In this document: positions 30,083 through 39,999 of the stretch, in pieces
Position numbering within the stretch: the stretch's first letter is position 1
How the letters are laid out: each line of letters begins with the position of its first letter
From: Thermodesulfobacteriota bacterium
GTDB taxonomy: Bacteria > Desulfobacterota_D > UBA1144 > Nemesobacterales > UBA2774
NCBI GenBank assembly: GCA_965216785.1
Contig: OZ244197.1
Span: forward strand, 1,696,001 to 1,760,000
Direction of reading: 5' to 3'
Length of the DNA stretch: 64,000 bases
Made by a program: the position numbers and the translations under genes
The notes under the pieces: model-generated
The model's input: the letters and a program-made list of their open reading frames with translations, nothing else
Database searches by the model: none
What the model was told of the DNA's origin: nothing

Positions 30083-31527
30083 AGCTCTCCGAGGGCTTTT
30101 TCAAGCTCCGCTCTTGCGGTCCAGTACTCAAGCACAGCTTTTTCATAGTTGTCGTTTTTATCTTCAAGCGAGGATTCGGCCTCGAGAAGCTCTGTCAAGA
30201 GCGCCTCCTGAACCTTATATTTATTCATGGTCACTCTGAGTTTCTCTCTCGCCGCAATCTGCTCAAGCTCCGTTACACCTATCAGAACCGTCGATTCTTC
30301 CAGCTTGCGTATCTTGGAGTTAACGTCAATGCGTACCTGAGCCTCCGCCTCGTTAAGATCATTTTCAGCTTGCAGAACCTCTTTTTTCTTCTTGGACACT
30401 TCTTTGCCTTTCTTCCCCCATTGAAATACGTCGTATTTGGCAAATAGTCCCACAGTGGCGATATTCTCCGGCAGAAGCTCGATATTGAAATTGGCTATAT
30501 AGTTGAATTCGACCCCTATCTCGGGGATGTACTTTGCTTTTTTGAGCCGCACTTCGTTCTCGGCGAATTCGATGTAGAGTTTGGCCGATTTTATCTCGGG
30601 TCTTTGCGCAAGCGCAATCTCTTCTGCCGCCTCTGTGTCAATCACATAAGGCTCCGCGTCCGGCACTTCAAGTACAGTAAACGGTGTTTCGATATCCCTT
30701 CCCAGGAGCTTATTCATGCGCTCTTTTTCGGTGGCGAGCTTATTTTGAATGACGAAACGCTCGTATTCGACCTGCGCGAGCCTGGCCTTTACCTCCATGC
30801 TGTCCTGCTCGAGCGCCCTCTGAACGGCCACGTTTTTGTCTACAAGGGAGCTTAAGGATTTAAGGAAAACTATCTTCTCGTCTTTAGAGCGGAGACTGCT
30901 CTGGCTCTTGAGTATATTGTAGTACTCCTTTTTAACCCGGTCCGCAACTTCCTGGCGGTTCGCTCTGAGCTCTTGGTCAAAGAGCTTCTGCTCGACCTCT
31001 CTTTGCTTCACAAAAAGAGATATCTCATAGAGCTGAGAGAGCGGCTGGCCGACCGAAGCAGTCAGGTAAGTCGTGAAATTGGGCGCTGTTCGTATTTTAG
31101 TGTTCTCAGGGGGTATGGGGCCGATGCCGGGGAAATTGCCGAAGGCGCCTTCTTTAAACGTAAAAGCTTCCTCAGTAAGGTGGTAAAGCTCAAACACGCT
31201 GAAATCAAATTCCGGAAGCAGCTTGGTCTTCGCGGCGTATATATCATCTCCGGCTTTACTTACGTCAAGAGATGCGTTTTCAATGTTGCGGTTTTGGGTA
31301 AGCGCAATAGACACGGCGTCCTGCACTGTGAGGACTTGTTCTGACCCAATCTCAATAACGACTTCCTCGGAAACAGCTGTGGAGCCCGGGCCGAAGGCAT
31401 ATATTAAAACCGAGAGAAGAGCGTATATGAGTACTGTGAGGGCGAGTACCTTGAGCTCGGCTATGAATATTATGTTAATAAAAGAGGTCTTGGATGATCC
31501 GTAGAATGCAGACCGCAACTTAATCAC
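30079..31527 (-). CDS. TolC family outer membrane protein
   Basis: LTVQDAVSIALTQN, ALAQRPEI, LLEAE...ARAELEKALG; RBS AAGGAGGAG with GTG start. Confidence 0.88.
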   Translation of the reverse strand: MIKLRSAFYGSSKTSFINIIFIAELKVLALTVLIYALLSVLIYAFGPGSTAVSEEVVIEIGSEQVLTVQDAVSIALTQNRNIENASLDVSKAGDDIYAAKTKLLPEFDFSVFELYHLTEEAFTFKEGAFGNFPGIGPIPPENTKIRTAPNFTTYLTASVGQPLSQLYEISLFVKQREVEQKLFDQELRANRQEVADRVKKEYYNILKSQSSLRSKDEKIVFLKSLSSLVDKNVAVQRALEQDSMEVKARLAQVEYERFVIQNKLATEKERMNKLLGRDIETPFTVLEVPDAEPYVIDTEAAEEIALAQRPEIKSAKLYIEFAENEVRLKKAKYIPEIGVEFNYIANFNIELLPENIATVGLFAKYDVFQWGKKGKEVSKKKKEVLQAENDLNEAEAQVRIDVNSKIRKLEESTVLIGVTELEQIAAREKLRVTMNKYKVQEALLTELLEAESSLEDKNDNYEKAVLEYWTARAELEKALGEL

Positions 31528-31721
31528 ATCACTCCTCCTTTGATAACGCCTCGGAAACTATATTAGCCGTAATAACAATAATAATAAAGATAGGAGTAGT
31601 TTAAATGATAATAGAGCTCAAATTAAATACAGATTTTCCGGATAGAAATAATGGAATATGCGCCGGCCCCTATACTCTATATATGTAAATGTCTTACAAA
31701 TTCTATGTGAAGATAGAGTTT

Positions 31722-31737
31722 TTGTGCAGTTGCACAA
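31722..31737. promoter_or_regulatory. Palindrome with perfect 7-bp arms, TTGTGCA-GT-TGCACAA (candidate operator)
   Basis: Inverted repeat in the divergent TolC / glyoxylate-fusion intergenic region. Confidence 0.5.
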
Positions 31738-31812
31738 TGATGTCTGAAGGGGAAATGTTAAGCGTTTTCAGGCTGTTAGCTCTCTTAAGTCCTTCTGAAA
31801 CATAGCCATCTG

Positions 31813-31840
31813 TTGATTTAACTCTCGCTTGTATTATAAT
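31813..31840 (+). promoter_or_regulatory. Putative sigma70 promoter of the MS-ICL gene
   Basis: TTGATT-N16-TATAAT. Confidence 0.5.
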
Positions 31841-31928
31841 GATAACTCCGTTTTCGGGTCATAAGTATCAAAAGCCAAGGTATTTAATAGAGCCTGGGCC
31901 TTTAATAACAAGTAAGGAGAGGTAGAAA

Positions 31929-34900
31929 ATGAGTACCGTTCATAATCTAAACAATGATTCATTGGAAGTAATATCGGCATCTAGAGGGCTGCAGATAAGG
32001 GACAATCTGGAGTCTGAATATTCCGATATATATACACCTGAGGTAATAGAAGCGTTAAAAGCGCTGTCAGTGTTTAACAAGGACCAGAAAATGCTGATGG
32101 AAAAACGCTATTCCAGGCGCTCGCAGAGGTTTCGCAACAAAGAGAGAATTCGATTCCTCGATCCGAGCGATTTTATATCCAGAACAAACATTAAAGTGCA
32201 GGACGCAAGGGACGGTAAGTTTGTAGGTACTGAAATCCCGCATGACCTTCAGAGGCAGTGGATTCAGGGCACCGGTCCTGCCGCGAAACCTAATACTTCG
32301 ATAGAAAAAAGCATTCGTAACGTAGCATACGCCCTTCTTTCCGGGGCAGACGGGTGGATGTTCGACGGCGAGGACGCGCTTGGGCAGATAAGCTCCATGT
32401 CGCTCGATAACCAAAGAAACCTGAAGCTCGCGATCAAAAAAGACCCTGTGTTCATGGATACCGCAGAGAAGGTGTCACGCGAGATGAACAAGTGGGCAAA
32501 GGGATTTTTCGGAAAAGAGATAATCACAGATTGGAGAAGCCAGCTCGATTTTACTACAAAGATCTTTAGAGCCAGAGGGCTTCACCTGGACGACAGACAT
32601 ATAAGAGATGAGAACGGACTTGCTCTTTCGGCATCAGTTGCCGACGTTGTGCTCTACGTGGTTAACAACTACAAAGAGCTTGCGGCGCAGAACTCTTCAA
32701 TTGTACTTTACCTTCCAAAAATACAGACTGCTGAAGAGGCCGCTTTCTGGAACGAAATCTTAAACGCGGTGGAAGATCACCTAGACCTCGCTCACGGCGC
32801 GATAAAAGTTTACGTGCTCGTAGAGCAGATAGAGGCTACTTTCCAGCTTATGGAAATCAGGGCCGCGCTCGGAAGACATTTCGCGGGTTACAACACAGGC
32901 CGCTGGGACTACATAAACAGTGTGTCTGACGCAATGGCCTGGGACCCTACATTCATTAATCCAAACATCGAATCAATCACAATGACATACGGCTACATGC
33001 GTAACTATGAAGACAGGGTACGTAGAGCCGTAAACACTCCCGGCATAAACGGGAACTGCGCACTATGGCAGGGCGGTATGGAACCGAACATACCGGTTGG
33101 CTCTGAAGAGGGCGTCAAATCGGGTATGGAAAAGGCGCTTGCTGGAGCGGTAAGAGAGCAAAAAGAAGGCGCAAGCGGTAAATGGGTAGCACACTGGAAG
33201 ATGGTCCACATCATCAGACCTGTTTGGGAAAAAGCGGGTGAGGACAATCAGCTCGGGAGAAAGTTCCCTGCACTAACATATACAGACGAAGACGCGGACG
33301 GGCTGACTCTACTCGAGCCGGCGCCCAGGAGCATACGCGGCGCCAGAAACCTAATAAGTGTCGGGCTTCAGTACGGAAACGCATTCGGACAGGGATTTCA
33401 GGCAGCAGCGCTAAAGCCGGCAGACTTTTTCGGAAACGACGACATTCTATATCTTATGGAAGACGCCGCTACCGGAGAGATAAGGCTCAGCATTCTGTGG
33501 GAGTGGATTCATAAGGGCGCCCAGTTAAATGAGGCCGATAAGGAAACAAAGGTTAAAAAAGGCGACGTGTTCACGGCAGACCTTTTCGAAAGGCTCCTGA
33601 CCGAGGAATACGATAAGCTCCTCAAGGCCAAGGACAAAGACGTTCACGACGACTCAAAACCCACAACGCTTCCGATAGCAAGGGATATAGTGGAGACATA
33701 CGTGCTCGACGATGTGAAGACCCCTTGGTACATAGACCTTTTGAATATCAACTTGAACAATCACGATCTATCTACAGCGAAACTTAGAATTAAGCAGTAC
33801 ATGGATGCTTTCAGGAAGGACGGTACGAGAATTACCGAGAACCTGGACTTTTTGCCCGAAGAAGGACTCGATACGTCGCTAATCGACGAGCTTGATACCT
33901 TCGAAAGAAAAGTGAAAGAGACAAAAGAGTGGTTCGCGAATCCGCGCTTTAAAGGGGTGAGAAGGCTTTACTCCGCGCGTCAGGTCGTACAGCAGCAGGG
34001 TACGCTTGAGGCAGACTACGCTGTAGCCAGGAAGTATTCTGAGGAGTTCTACAACAGGCTCCGCGAGCTATTCGCAAACGGTGAGCAGATAACGAGCTTC
34101 GGACCCTACACGCCGGGTCAGGCGGTTGTTATGAAGCGCATCGGGATTGAGGGAATTTATCTCGGAGGCTGGGCGACATCCGCTAAAGGCTCATTGGATG
34201 AAGACCCGGGCGCAGACCTTGCAAGCTATCCGCTGAGCCAGGTGCCTGATGAAGCGGCAACGATTGTGCGCGCGCTTCTGACAGCGGATAAAAACCAGAC
34301 TTTCTTCCGTTCCAGAATGTCGGAGAAAGAAAGAAAATCCACTCCTAGAGTCGATTACAGACCGTTCATCATCGCCGACGCCGACACAGGGCACGGTGGA
34401 GACGCGCACGTACGAAACTTGGTACGCAGATTCGTCGAAGCGGGCGTTACGGGGTATCACATAGAAGACCAGAAGCCGGGTACGAAAAAGTGCGGACACC
34501 AGGGCGGTAAGGTTCTCGTCCCGGTAGACGAGCAGATAAAGAGACTAAACGCAGCCAGGTTCCAGCTGGATATTATGAAGGTGCCGGGCATCATCGTCGC
34601 AAGAACGGACGCTGAGGCAGCTACTCTACTTGACGGCAGGGGAGATGAAAGGGATCACCCGTTCATTCTCGGCGCAACTAATACCGAAGTGCCGGGTTAC
34701 AAGATTTGTTACCTCGCTATTCTAAAAAGGTTCTTCGATAAGGGCATCACCGATGTAAACGGTTTCATGCTCTACGATATATCGGAGGACGAGTACCAAG
34801 AGGCTTACGCATGGTTTGATAAAGTGGGCCTGACCGCGATAATAGACGAAAGCATTAAAGCGCTATTAGACGGTAAAGAGAGGAGCATAACCAAGCCTCT

Positions 34901-36197
34901 CGATAACGCAGCCACAAAGTTCGTCGAGATTTGGGAAGGCGAATCGGGGCTTATGACCTTCGCGCAGGCGGTAGCTGATGAAATGGAATTTAAAATTGAA
35001 GAGGGTCGCTCGCTCGATATGACCATGGATGAATGGTTTGAGTTCGCAAACCACTCCTCGTTCCACCATGCAAGAGAGCAAGCGCGCTCTATGGGCATCG
35101 AAGCTTCCTGGGACTGTGAGTTGTCAAGGACCCCGGAAGGTTACTATCAGGTGAAAGGCGGCATCGAATACGCGATAGCAAAATCACTCGCAGTAGCTCC
35201 TTACGCCGATCTGATCTGGATGGAAACTAAGACAGCAAACCTGGAAGAGGCAAGAGAGTTCGCGGAAGCGATACACGCTCAGTACCCGGACAAGATGCTT
35301 GCATACAACCTCTCCCCTTCGTTTAACTGGGACACTACCGGAATGACGGAAGAAGAGATGACGGTATTCCCGAAAGAGATCGGGAAGCTGGGATTTGTCT
35401 TTGACTTTATAACATACGGCGGACACCAGATTGACGGTCTGGCCTCTGAGGAATTTGCAACGGCTCTTCAGCAGGACGGAATGCTGGCGCTTGCAAGGCT
35501 CCAGCGCAAGTTCAGACTTCTTGACTCACCATATAGGACCCCGCAGTCACTCGTTGGCGGCCCGAGGCTTGACGGCGCGCTTTCGGCGTCTTCCGGTCGT
35601 ACTGCCACTACAAAGGCTATGGGTAAAGGCTCTACTCAGGTACAGCACATGGTTGAGACAGAAGTTCCGCCGAGGCTGCTTGAGCAGTGGCTTGAGCTAT
35701 GGACACAGCACTACGGGATTGCAGGACCTCTGCATGTAAAGCTTAGACCAAGCAGAGCGGGCTCGGAGCTCCTGGAGCTTTCGGTTCTGGATCCTGATAA
35801 TAACAAAGTCGCGGACGTTATCTTCTCAACACTCCGTGACCGTATGGGTAAGACTATGCTCAGCGTTAGGGACCAGAATACATATGATACCAATTACCGT
35901 CAGAAGAGACTTATGGCGCTAATTCACCTGTTCCTGATACACCGATATAAAGGTATGTCTGTGCACTATGTTAGCCCGACCGAAGACAACCAGATGCAGA
36001 CTAAGGGAATGAAGGCGCTCGGTATTTATGATGAAGTGAATACTGAAGTGGGTGATATTATTGTTGCAAAAGTTGACACGGATCGCATTGAGGGGCTTCT
36101 GAACCCTAATCAGAAGGAGCTAAAGAACCTCATAGCAAAGAAACCTTTGCCAAAGCCCAAAGCCAGTGCTAAAAAGACAACGAAAAGTAAAAAATAG
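31929..36197 (+). CDS. Bifunctional malate synthase - isocitrate lyase (ICL2 type) fusion
   Basis: N-terminal MS motifs ([43 protein letters not shown]); C-terminal ICL motifs ([45 protein letters not shown]) plus an ICL2-like tail (SVRDQNT...HYVSPTEDN). Confidence 0.93.
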   Translation: MSTVHNLNNDSLEVISASRGLQIRDNLESEYSDIYTPEVIEALKALSVFNKDQKMLMEKRYSRRSQRFRNKERIRFLDPSDFISRTNIKVQDARDGKFVGTEIPHDLQRQWIQGTGPAAKPNTSIEKSIRNVAYALLSGADGWMFDGEDALGQISSMSLDNQRNLKLAIKKDPVFMDTAEKVSREMNKWAKGFFGKEIITDWRSQLDFTTKIFRARGLHLDDRHIRDENGLALSASVADVVLYVVNNYKELAAQNSSIVLYLPKIQTAEEAAFWNEILNAVEDHLDLAHGAIKVYVLVEQIEATFQLMEIRAALGRHFAGYNTGRWDYINSVSDAMAWDPTFINPNIESITMTYGYMRNYEDRVRRAVNTPGINGNCALWQGGMEPNIPVGSEEGVKSGMEKALAGAVREQKEGASGKWVAHWKMVHIIRPVWEKAGEDNQLGRKFPALTYTDEDADGLTLLEPAPRSIRGARNLISVGLQYGNAFGQGFQAAALKPADFFGNDDILYLMEDAATGEIRLSILWEWIHKGAQLNEADKETKVKKGDVFTADLFERLLTEEYDKLLKAKDKDVHDDSKPTTLPIARDIVETYVLDDVKTPWYIDLLNINLNNHDLSTAKLRIKQYMDAFRKDGTRITENLDFLPEEGLDTSLIDELDTFERKVKETKEWFANPRFKGVRRLYSARQVVQQQGTLEADYAVARKYSEEFYNRLRELFANGEQITSFGPYTPGQAVVMKRIGIEGIYLGGWATSAKGSLDEDPGADLASYPLSQVPDEAATIVRALLTADKNQTFFRSRMSEKERKSTPRVDYRPFIIADADTGHGGDAHVRNLVRRFVEAGVTGYHIEDQKPGTKKCGHQGGKVLVPVDEQIKRLNAARFQLDIMKVPGIIVARTDAEAATLLDGRGDERDHPFILGATNTEVPGYKICYLAILKRFFDKGITDVNGFMLYDISEDEYQEAYAWFDKVGLTAIIDESIKALLDGKERSITKPLDNAATKFVEIWEGESGLMTFAQAVADEMEFKIEEGRSLDMTMDEWFEFANHSSFHHAREQARSMGIEASWDCELSRTPEGYYQVKGGIEYAIAKSLAVAPYADLIWMETKTANLEEAREFAEAIHAQYPDKMLAYNLSPSFNWDTTGMTEEEMTVFPKEIGKLGFVFDFITYGGHQIDGLASEEFATALQQDGMLALARLQRKFRLLDSPYRTPQSLVGGPRLDGALSASSGRTATTKAMGKGSTQVQHMVETEVPPRLLEQWLELWTQHYGIAGPLHVKLRPSRAGSELLELSVLDPDNNKVADVIFSTLRDRMGKTMLSVRDQNTYDTNYRQKRLMALIHLFLIHRYKGMSVHYVSPTEDNQMQTKGMKALGIYDEVNTEVGDIIVAKVDTDRIEGLLNPNQKELKNLIAKKPLPKPKASAKKTTKSKK

Positions 36198-36215
36198 TAT
36201 CTTGTAGCAAATTAA

Positions 36216-36246
36216 GCCCGGGGCCTTTATAATAAAGGTCTCGGGT
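36216..36246 (+). terminator. Hairpin after the MS-ICL gene
   Basis: GCCCGGGGCCTTTAT-A-ATAAAGGTCTCGGGT inverted repeat with G-U pairs; no clear U-tract. Confidence 0.45.
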
Positions 36247-36279
36247 GCAGTAAAAATAATGCCAGGGGGTTTTTAACGA

Positions 36280-36372
36280 ATGTTACAAGTTTTGCCGCCG
36301 GTAATCTTTGCTCTTGTCATTATAGGCTTTGTGGTCGCAATTATTCTGCGTGCCAGAAAAGAGCAGGACTAG
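36280..36372 (+). CDS. Small single-TM protein (30 aa)
   Basis: MLQVLPPVIFALVIIGFVVAIILRARKEQD; purine-rich AGGGGG 10 nt upstream. Confidence 0.5.
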   Translation: MLQVLPPVIFALVIIGFVVAIILRARKEQD

Positions 36373-36512
36373 AGTTAATTTGCAAGGGGATATTCGAGGG
36401 GGACCCAATAAACTCGGTCTTTGAATAACTCTTTCTTTTAGTAAATCCCAACAACTCTATTTGTACCTAAATATTCAATAAGCTCATGCTCATTGGCGAG
36501 TGCTTAAATGAA

Positions 36513-36911
36513 TTATTTTCCATCGGGGGATGTAGCGGTATCTTCTGCTGAGGTTTCAGCCGCTGAAGATGCGGATGTTGCGGCCTCTGCTGCTTTTTCT
36601 TCAGGTTTAGTTTCAGTCGTTTCTTCGCTTTGTACACCGAACGCTTTTTCAAACCCGTAGTCTTCTATTATGGAGTCGTATATTTCACACGCTTTTGCGT
36701 AGTCACCCTGATCAGAGGCCTGTTGCCCTTTTTTCATACGCTCCCCAATGGCTTTTGAATTCTCGGAATTCAGCTTGCCCTGAAAATTCATATCCATCAT
36801 CCCTTTAATTACGTTTTGGTGATTGTTAAACGCCTGCATTTCGTTAGTGCACTCAGCGTATGCCACAGCCGAATATATTAAAAGAAGTGTTGTGATTATA
36901 ATTGTTCTCAT
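36513..36911 (-). CDS. Exported hypothetical protein
   Basis: Signal peptide ending AYA-EC, two Cys, acidic Ala/Thr-rich tail; RBS AAGGAGG. Confidence 0.75.
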   Translation of the reverse strand: MRTIIITTLLLIYSAVAYAECTNEMQAFNNHQNVIKGMMDMNFQGKLNSENSKAIGERMKKGQQASDQGDYAKACEIYDSIIEDYGFEKAFGVQSEETTETKPEEKAAEAATSASSAAETSAEDTATSPDGK

Positions 36912-36912
36912 C

Positions 36913-37848
36913 TTAGTCCTCCTTACTTTCGCTCTGTTTAAATTTGTATCCTTGTCGTTCGCGGGACTTAACCCTTATAGCGTGCTCGTAGCTGTCTACA
37001 CATTCCTCTTTGCAGCAGCCGCTCCTTTCAGATCCGCAGTTCTCGCACATAACAACGAGGTCGTCGCAGACCGGGTTCTTGCAATTGGTATAGCGGTCTG
37101 TCGGCCCGCCGCACCAGATACACTGTGAAATGGTGCCGCCCTCGGGGTCTACGTCCGAAACGAGCCTCTGGTCGAATACGAAGCACTTTCCTTCCCAAAT
37201 AGTATCGGGATATTTCTGGCAGAAATTTATTATCCCGTCCTTAAGCTGATACACGTCGGTAAACCCCTGCTCAACCATGTAGGAAGTTGCTTTCTCGCAC
37301 CTGATGCCGCCCGTGCAGTAGGTGACGATTTTTCTGTCTTTTATATTCTCCAATGACTTGAGCGCCTCGGGAAAATCCCTGAAATTCTCAATGTCGGGTG
37401 TTAGGGCGTTTTTAAATTTGCCGACTTTAGATTCATAGTTGTTTCTGGTATCGAGTATTATAAAGTCCTCTCCACTCTCGTATAACTCCAACAGCTCTTC
37501 AGGAGAAATATAGCGTCCTGTTTTTTTGAGGTCGAGCTCTTGGTCCATCCGGATGATCTCCTTTTTTACCCGTACTATCATTTTCTTAAACGGGCTGAAG
37601 GTGCATGTTTCTTCTTTAAACACTATGTCGGAGAACTGATCCTGCGCGGTAAGATAGGATTTATATCTTTCCATCTGTTCTTTTGAGCCCGAGAGTGAGC
37701 CGTTAATGCCTTCTTTGGCAACGAGTACTTTACCAAGAAAGCCCTGAGACTTGCAGAATTCCAGGTGCTCTGCGGCGAATTCATCCGGTCTTTGAATGTC
37801 CGTGAATTTATAAAATAGAATTACATGTATCTTAGGTTCTGTATTCAT
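36913..37848 (-). CDS. trhO: Rhodanese-related tRNA uridine(34) hydroxylase (TrhO/YceA, UPF0176)
   Basis: ILFYKF, EGINGSLSG, LDTRNNYE..VGKF, YCTGGIRCEKA, WEGKCFVFDQR, Cys-rich C-terminus. Confidence 0.9.
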   Translation of the reverse strand: MNTEPKIHVILFYKFTDIQRPDEFAAEHLEFCKSQGFLGKVLVAKEGINGSLSGSKEQMERYKSYLTAQDQFSDIVFKEETCTFSPFKKMIVRVKKEIIRMDQELDLKKTGRYISPEELLELYESGEDFIILDTRNNYESKVGKFKNALTPDIENFRDFPEALKSLENIKDRKIVTYCTGGIRCEKATSYMVEQGFTDVYQLKDGIINFCQKYPDTIWEGKCFVFDQRLVSDVDPEGGTISQCIWCGGPTDRYTNCKNPVCDDLVVMCENCGSERSGCCKEECVDSYEHAIRVKSRERQGYKFKQSESKED

Positions 37849-37973
37849 GATCCGGTAATTATAACTGATTGTTATATTTAACTTAATAGACATACCTCTA
37901 GTACCTGGGGTCCCGTAAACAAATATCTATGAAGGATTTATGGGAGTATTTACGAATAAAATCCGCATAAACG

Positions 37974-38054
37974 AAAAGAGGGAGCGGGTTTTGAAGCCGC
38001 TCCCTCTTTCTTAAAGGAGGATGGAGGATGATTTAAGTGCGTTACTTAAGTTTC
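37974..38054 (-). ncRNA. Candidate ~80-nt small RNA with tandem anti-Shine-Dalgarno repeats
   Basis: Predicted transcript GAAACUUAAGUAACGCACUUAAAUCAUCCUCCAUCCUCCUUUAAGAAAGAGGGAGCGGCUUCAAAACCCGCUCCCUCUUUU, bounded by a near-consensus promoter and a 13-bp terminator; no AUG inside. Confidence 0.65.
37975..38009. terminator. Intrinsic terminator (13-bp perfect stem, potentially bidirectional)
   Basis: AAAGAGGGAGCGG-gttttgaag-CCGCTCCCTCTTT. Confidence 0.8.
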
Positions 38055-38060
38055 AATAAT

Positions 38061-38089
38061 AATATAAAGCGTGAGACTTAATATGTCAA
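38061..38089 (-). promoter_or_regulatory. Near-consensus sigma70 promoter driving the candidate sRNA
   Basis: Minus strand TTGACA-N17-TATATT. Confidence 0.75.
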
Positions 38090-38260
38090 GCAAAATTTTT
38101 TCTGTTATATAAAAATATCTCGTTTAATAGCGCTTAACGGCTCTAAGTTGCTCATCTTTCTATAATTATTATGTGTTTGTAAGTGAATATGATGTAAATA
38201 TAGCTTGATTTTATTACTTAGTTCTGATAAATATATCGGAACGATTTAAAGGAGGTTGTT

Positions 38261-38770
38261 ATGAGAAAAATCCCAAATATTTTGTATGTTTTTCTTTTTG
38301 TATCGGTCTTTGCTATAGGTTCTTTCATAGTGGAATCTCAGAGCGCGTTCGCCGGTAAAGGTGTGCAAGGGTGCGAAGTAGAAGTTGTATTGAACGCCAT
38401 ACCCGAAGGCGATACGGAATTTACATTTATTTCGACTCCAGGAGATGAATTCACCTTGGTTGAGACGGGGGAATGGTTCAAAATCTTGTTTGTGCCTATC
38501 GGCGGTTCGCTGCAAGTTACGGAGATAGTGCCCGAAGGTTGGACGCTCGTTGACGTTTCATGCGAAAGCCGAGGATCGGAAGGTTTTATCTTAATAGAAA
38601 ACGGCTTTTTCTTAGAGAGTTGCGTAGGTGATCTACTCGTATGCAATTTTGTGAATGCGCTTGAAGTAAGACCAATTCCAGCCTTATCACAGTGGGGAAT
38701 CATTGCAGCAGCAGTGGTTCTTGGGATCGTTGGTATTGTATTCTACAGCAGAAGAAAAGCTGCCGCGTAA
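38261..38770 (+). CDS. IPTL-CTERM sorting-domain surface protein
   Basis: Signal peptide, beta-rich domain (VTEIVPEGWTLVDVSC...CNFVN), C-terminal RPIPALSQWG + TM + RRK. Confidence 0.88.
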   Translation: MRKIPNILYVFLFVSVFAIGSFIVESQSAFAGKGVQGCEVEVVLNAIPEGDTEFTFISTPGDEFTLVETGEWFKILFVPIGGSLQVTEIVPEGWTLVDVSCESRGSEGFILIENGFFLESCVGDLLVCNFVNALEVRPIPALSQWGIIAAAVVLGIVGIVFYSRRKAAA

Positions 38771-38793
38771 TTTAATATCCGAATTCACTTATT

Positions 38794-38830
38794 AACCCGG
38801 AGGCTGACGCCTTAGCCTCCGGGTTTTCTT
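38794..38830. terminator. Intrinsic terminator between convergent genes
   Basis: AACCCGGAGGCT...AGCCTCCGGGTT followed by T-rich sequence. Confidence 0.8.
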
Positions 38831-38836
38831 TCTAAG

Positions 38837-39823
38837 CTAATTGTCTTGCTCAAATCCCAGCTCGCCACCTTCATGAATCGCCAGACCTATTTGTTCAAGA
38901 AAACCATGCCGGCCATTATACCAAAGTTTCCAATGGTCTCTATGTTTAATAGCGTATGGTTTGTATACAGCAGAACTGTCCCATGCTCTATACTTGCCTG
39001 GCTTGATTATAGGATTTGCAGGGTGTCTTTCCCAATTGTTTATTCCGTCGGCTGAGCGTGCTAGACCGATCATCGCGCGGTCAATGTTTTCAAAGCCTAT
39101 GTAAAACATTATATACCATTCATCGATTTGAATTACCTGTCCCCCGGTAACTTTATATCCATCCCAGCCTTTGTTAGTAGAAGGAAGAAATACCGGGTCC
39201 GGGTATTTCTTCCATTTATATCCATCGACGCTTGTAGCATAACCGATAGCATCCGGTTCATACTGTTCTCCGCCTGAATACCACATCTTATAAATCCGCT
39301 CACTTTGATCCCAGATGACATGAGGAACCATGACGGCAACTTTTTCCCATGGTTGGTCCGGATAGAGTACGGGCTTATCGCTCGCCCTTGTCCATGTTAT
39401 ACCGTCGGTACTAGTTGCATAACCGATGTACGAGTTATCGTCTGTTTGGCCCGTGTACCACATATGGTATAAACCGGAGTGTTTTAAAACTACCGGTCGA
39501 TTTACGCGGGATTCCCACCCCGAAGCTGAATTAGGTCCAAGTACAATTACCGGTTCACTCCAATTTATCCCGTCACTACTCTCGGTTAACGCAATACTCT
39601 TCTTTGGCCGCCAGGAAAACCACATGTGGTATAAATCGTCTTCCCGCAATACCGAGACATCAAAAGCCGTGCCCAAATCGCCTCCAAGAACCGGGTTTCC
39701 GTCAAACTTTTCCCAACCCCCGCTTGTCTCGGACAAACTATTCCAAAGTATAAAGGAAGTAACTGCAATGATTATTAGTAAGATAAAGACAGCTATGTAT
39801 TTTGTTGATTTCTCCATTTGCAT
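38837..39823 (-). CDS. Five-bladed beta-propeller glycoside hydrolase-like protein (GH43/32/130-like)
   Basis: Repeated YHMWY.G...IGYATS.DG..W blades; N-terminal TM. Confidence 0.8.
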   Translation of the reverse strand: MQMEKSTKYIAVFILLIIIAVTSFILWNSLSETSGGWEKFDGNPVLGGDLGTAFDVSVLREDDLYHMWFSWRPKKSIALTESSDGINWSEPVIVLGPNSASGWESRVNRPVVLKHSGLYHMWYTGQTDDNSYIGYATSTDGITWTRASDKPVLYPDQPWEKVAVMVPHVIWDQSERIYKMWYSGGEQYEPDAIGYATSVDGYKWKKYPDPVFLPSTNKGWDGYKVTGGQVIQIDEWYIMFYIGFENIDRAMIGLARSADGINNWERHPANPIIKPGKYRAWDSSAVYKPYAIKHRDHWKLWYNGRHGFLEQIGLAIHEGGELGFEQDN

Positions 39824-39999
39824 AGCCCTATATTCAATTAGTATTTAAAATAAATGATCTATGGATGTCTTATTGATATTTATTAGAAAATTATACGGCA
39901 TAACATATACGCTGTATAATACTCAGATTCAAGATTAAATTATATGTTAGAATGACTTCTGAGGCTTAGTAAGGCCATTTTTAGAATGTAAATGCGTAA

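Noticed and set aside
38011-38031. Plus-strand GGAGGATGGAGGATG as a CsrA/Rsm sponge RNA or an RBS for a short ORF
   Set aside because: The clear promoter is on the minus strand, the terminator lies upstream of this tract on the plus strand, and the ATGs open only very short ORFs.
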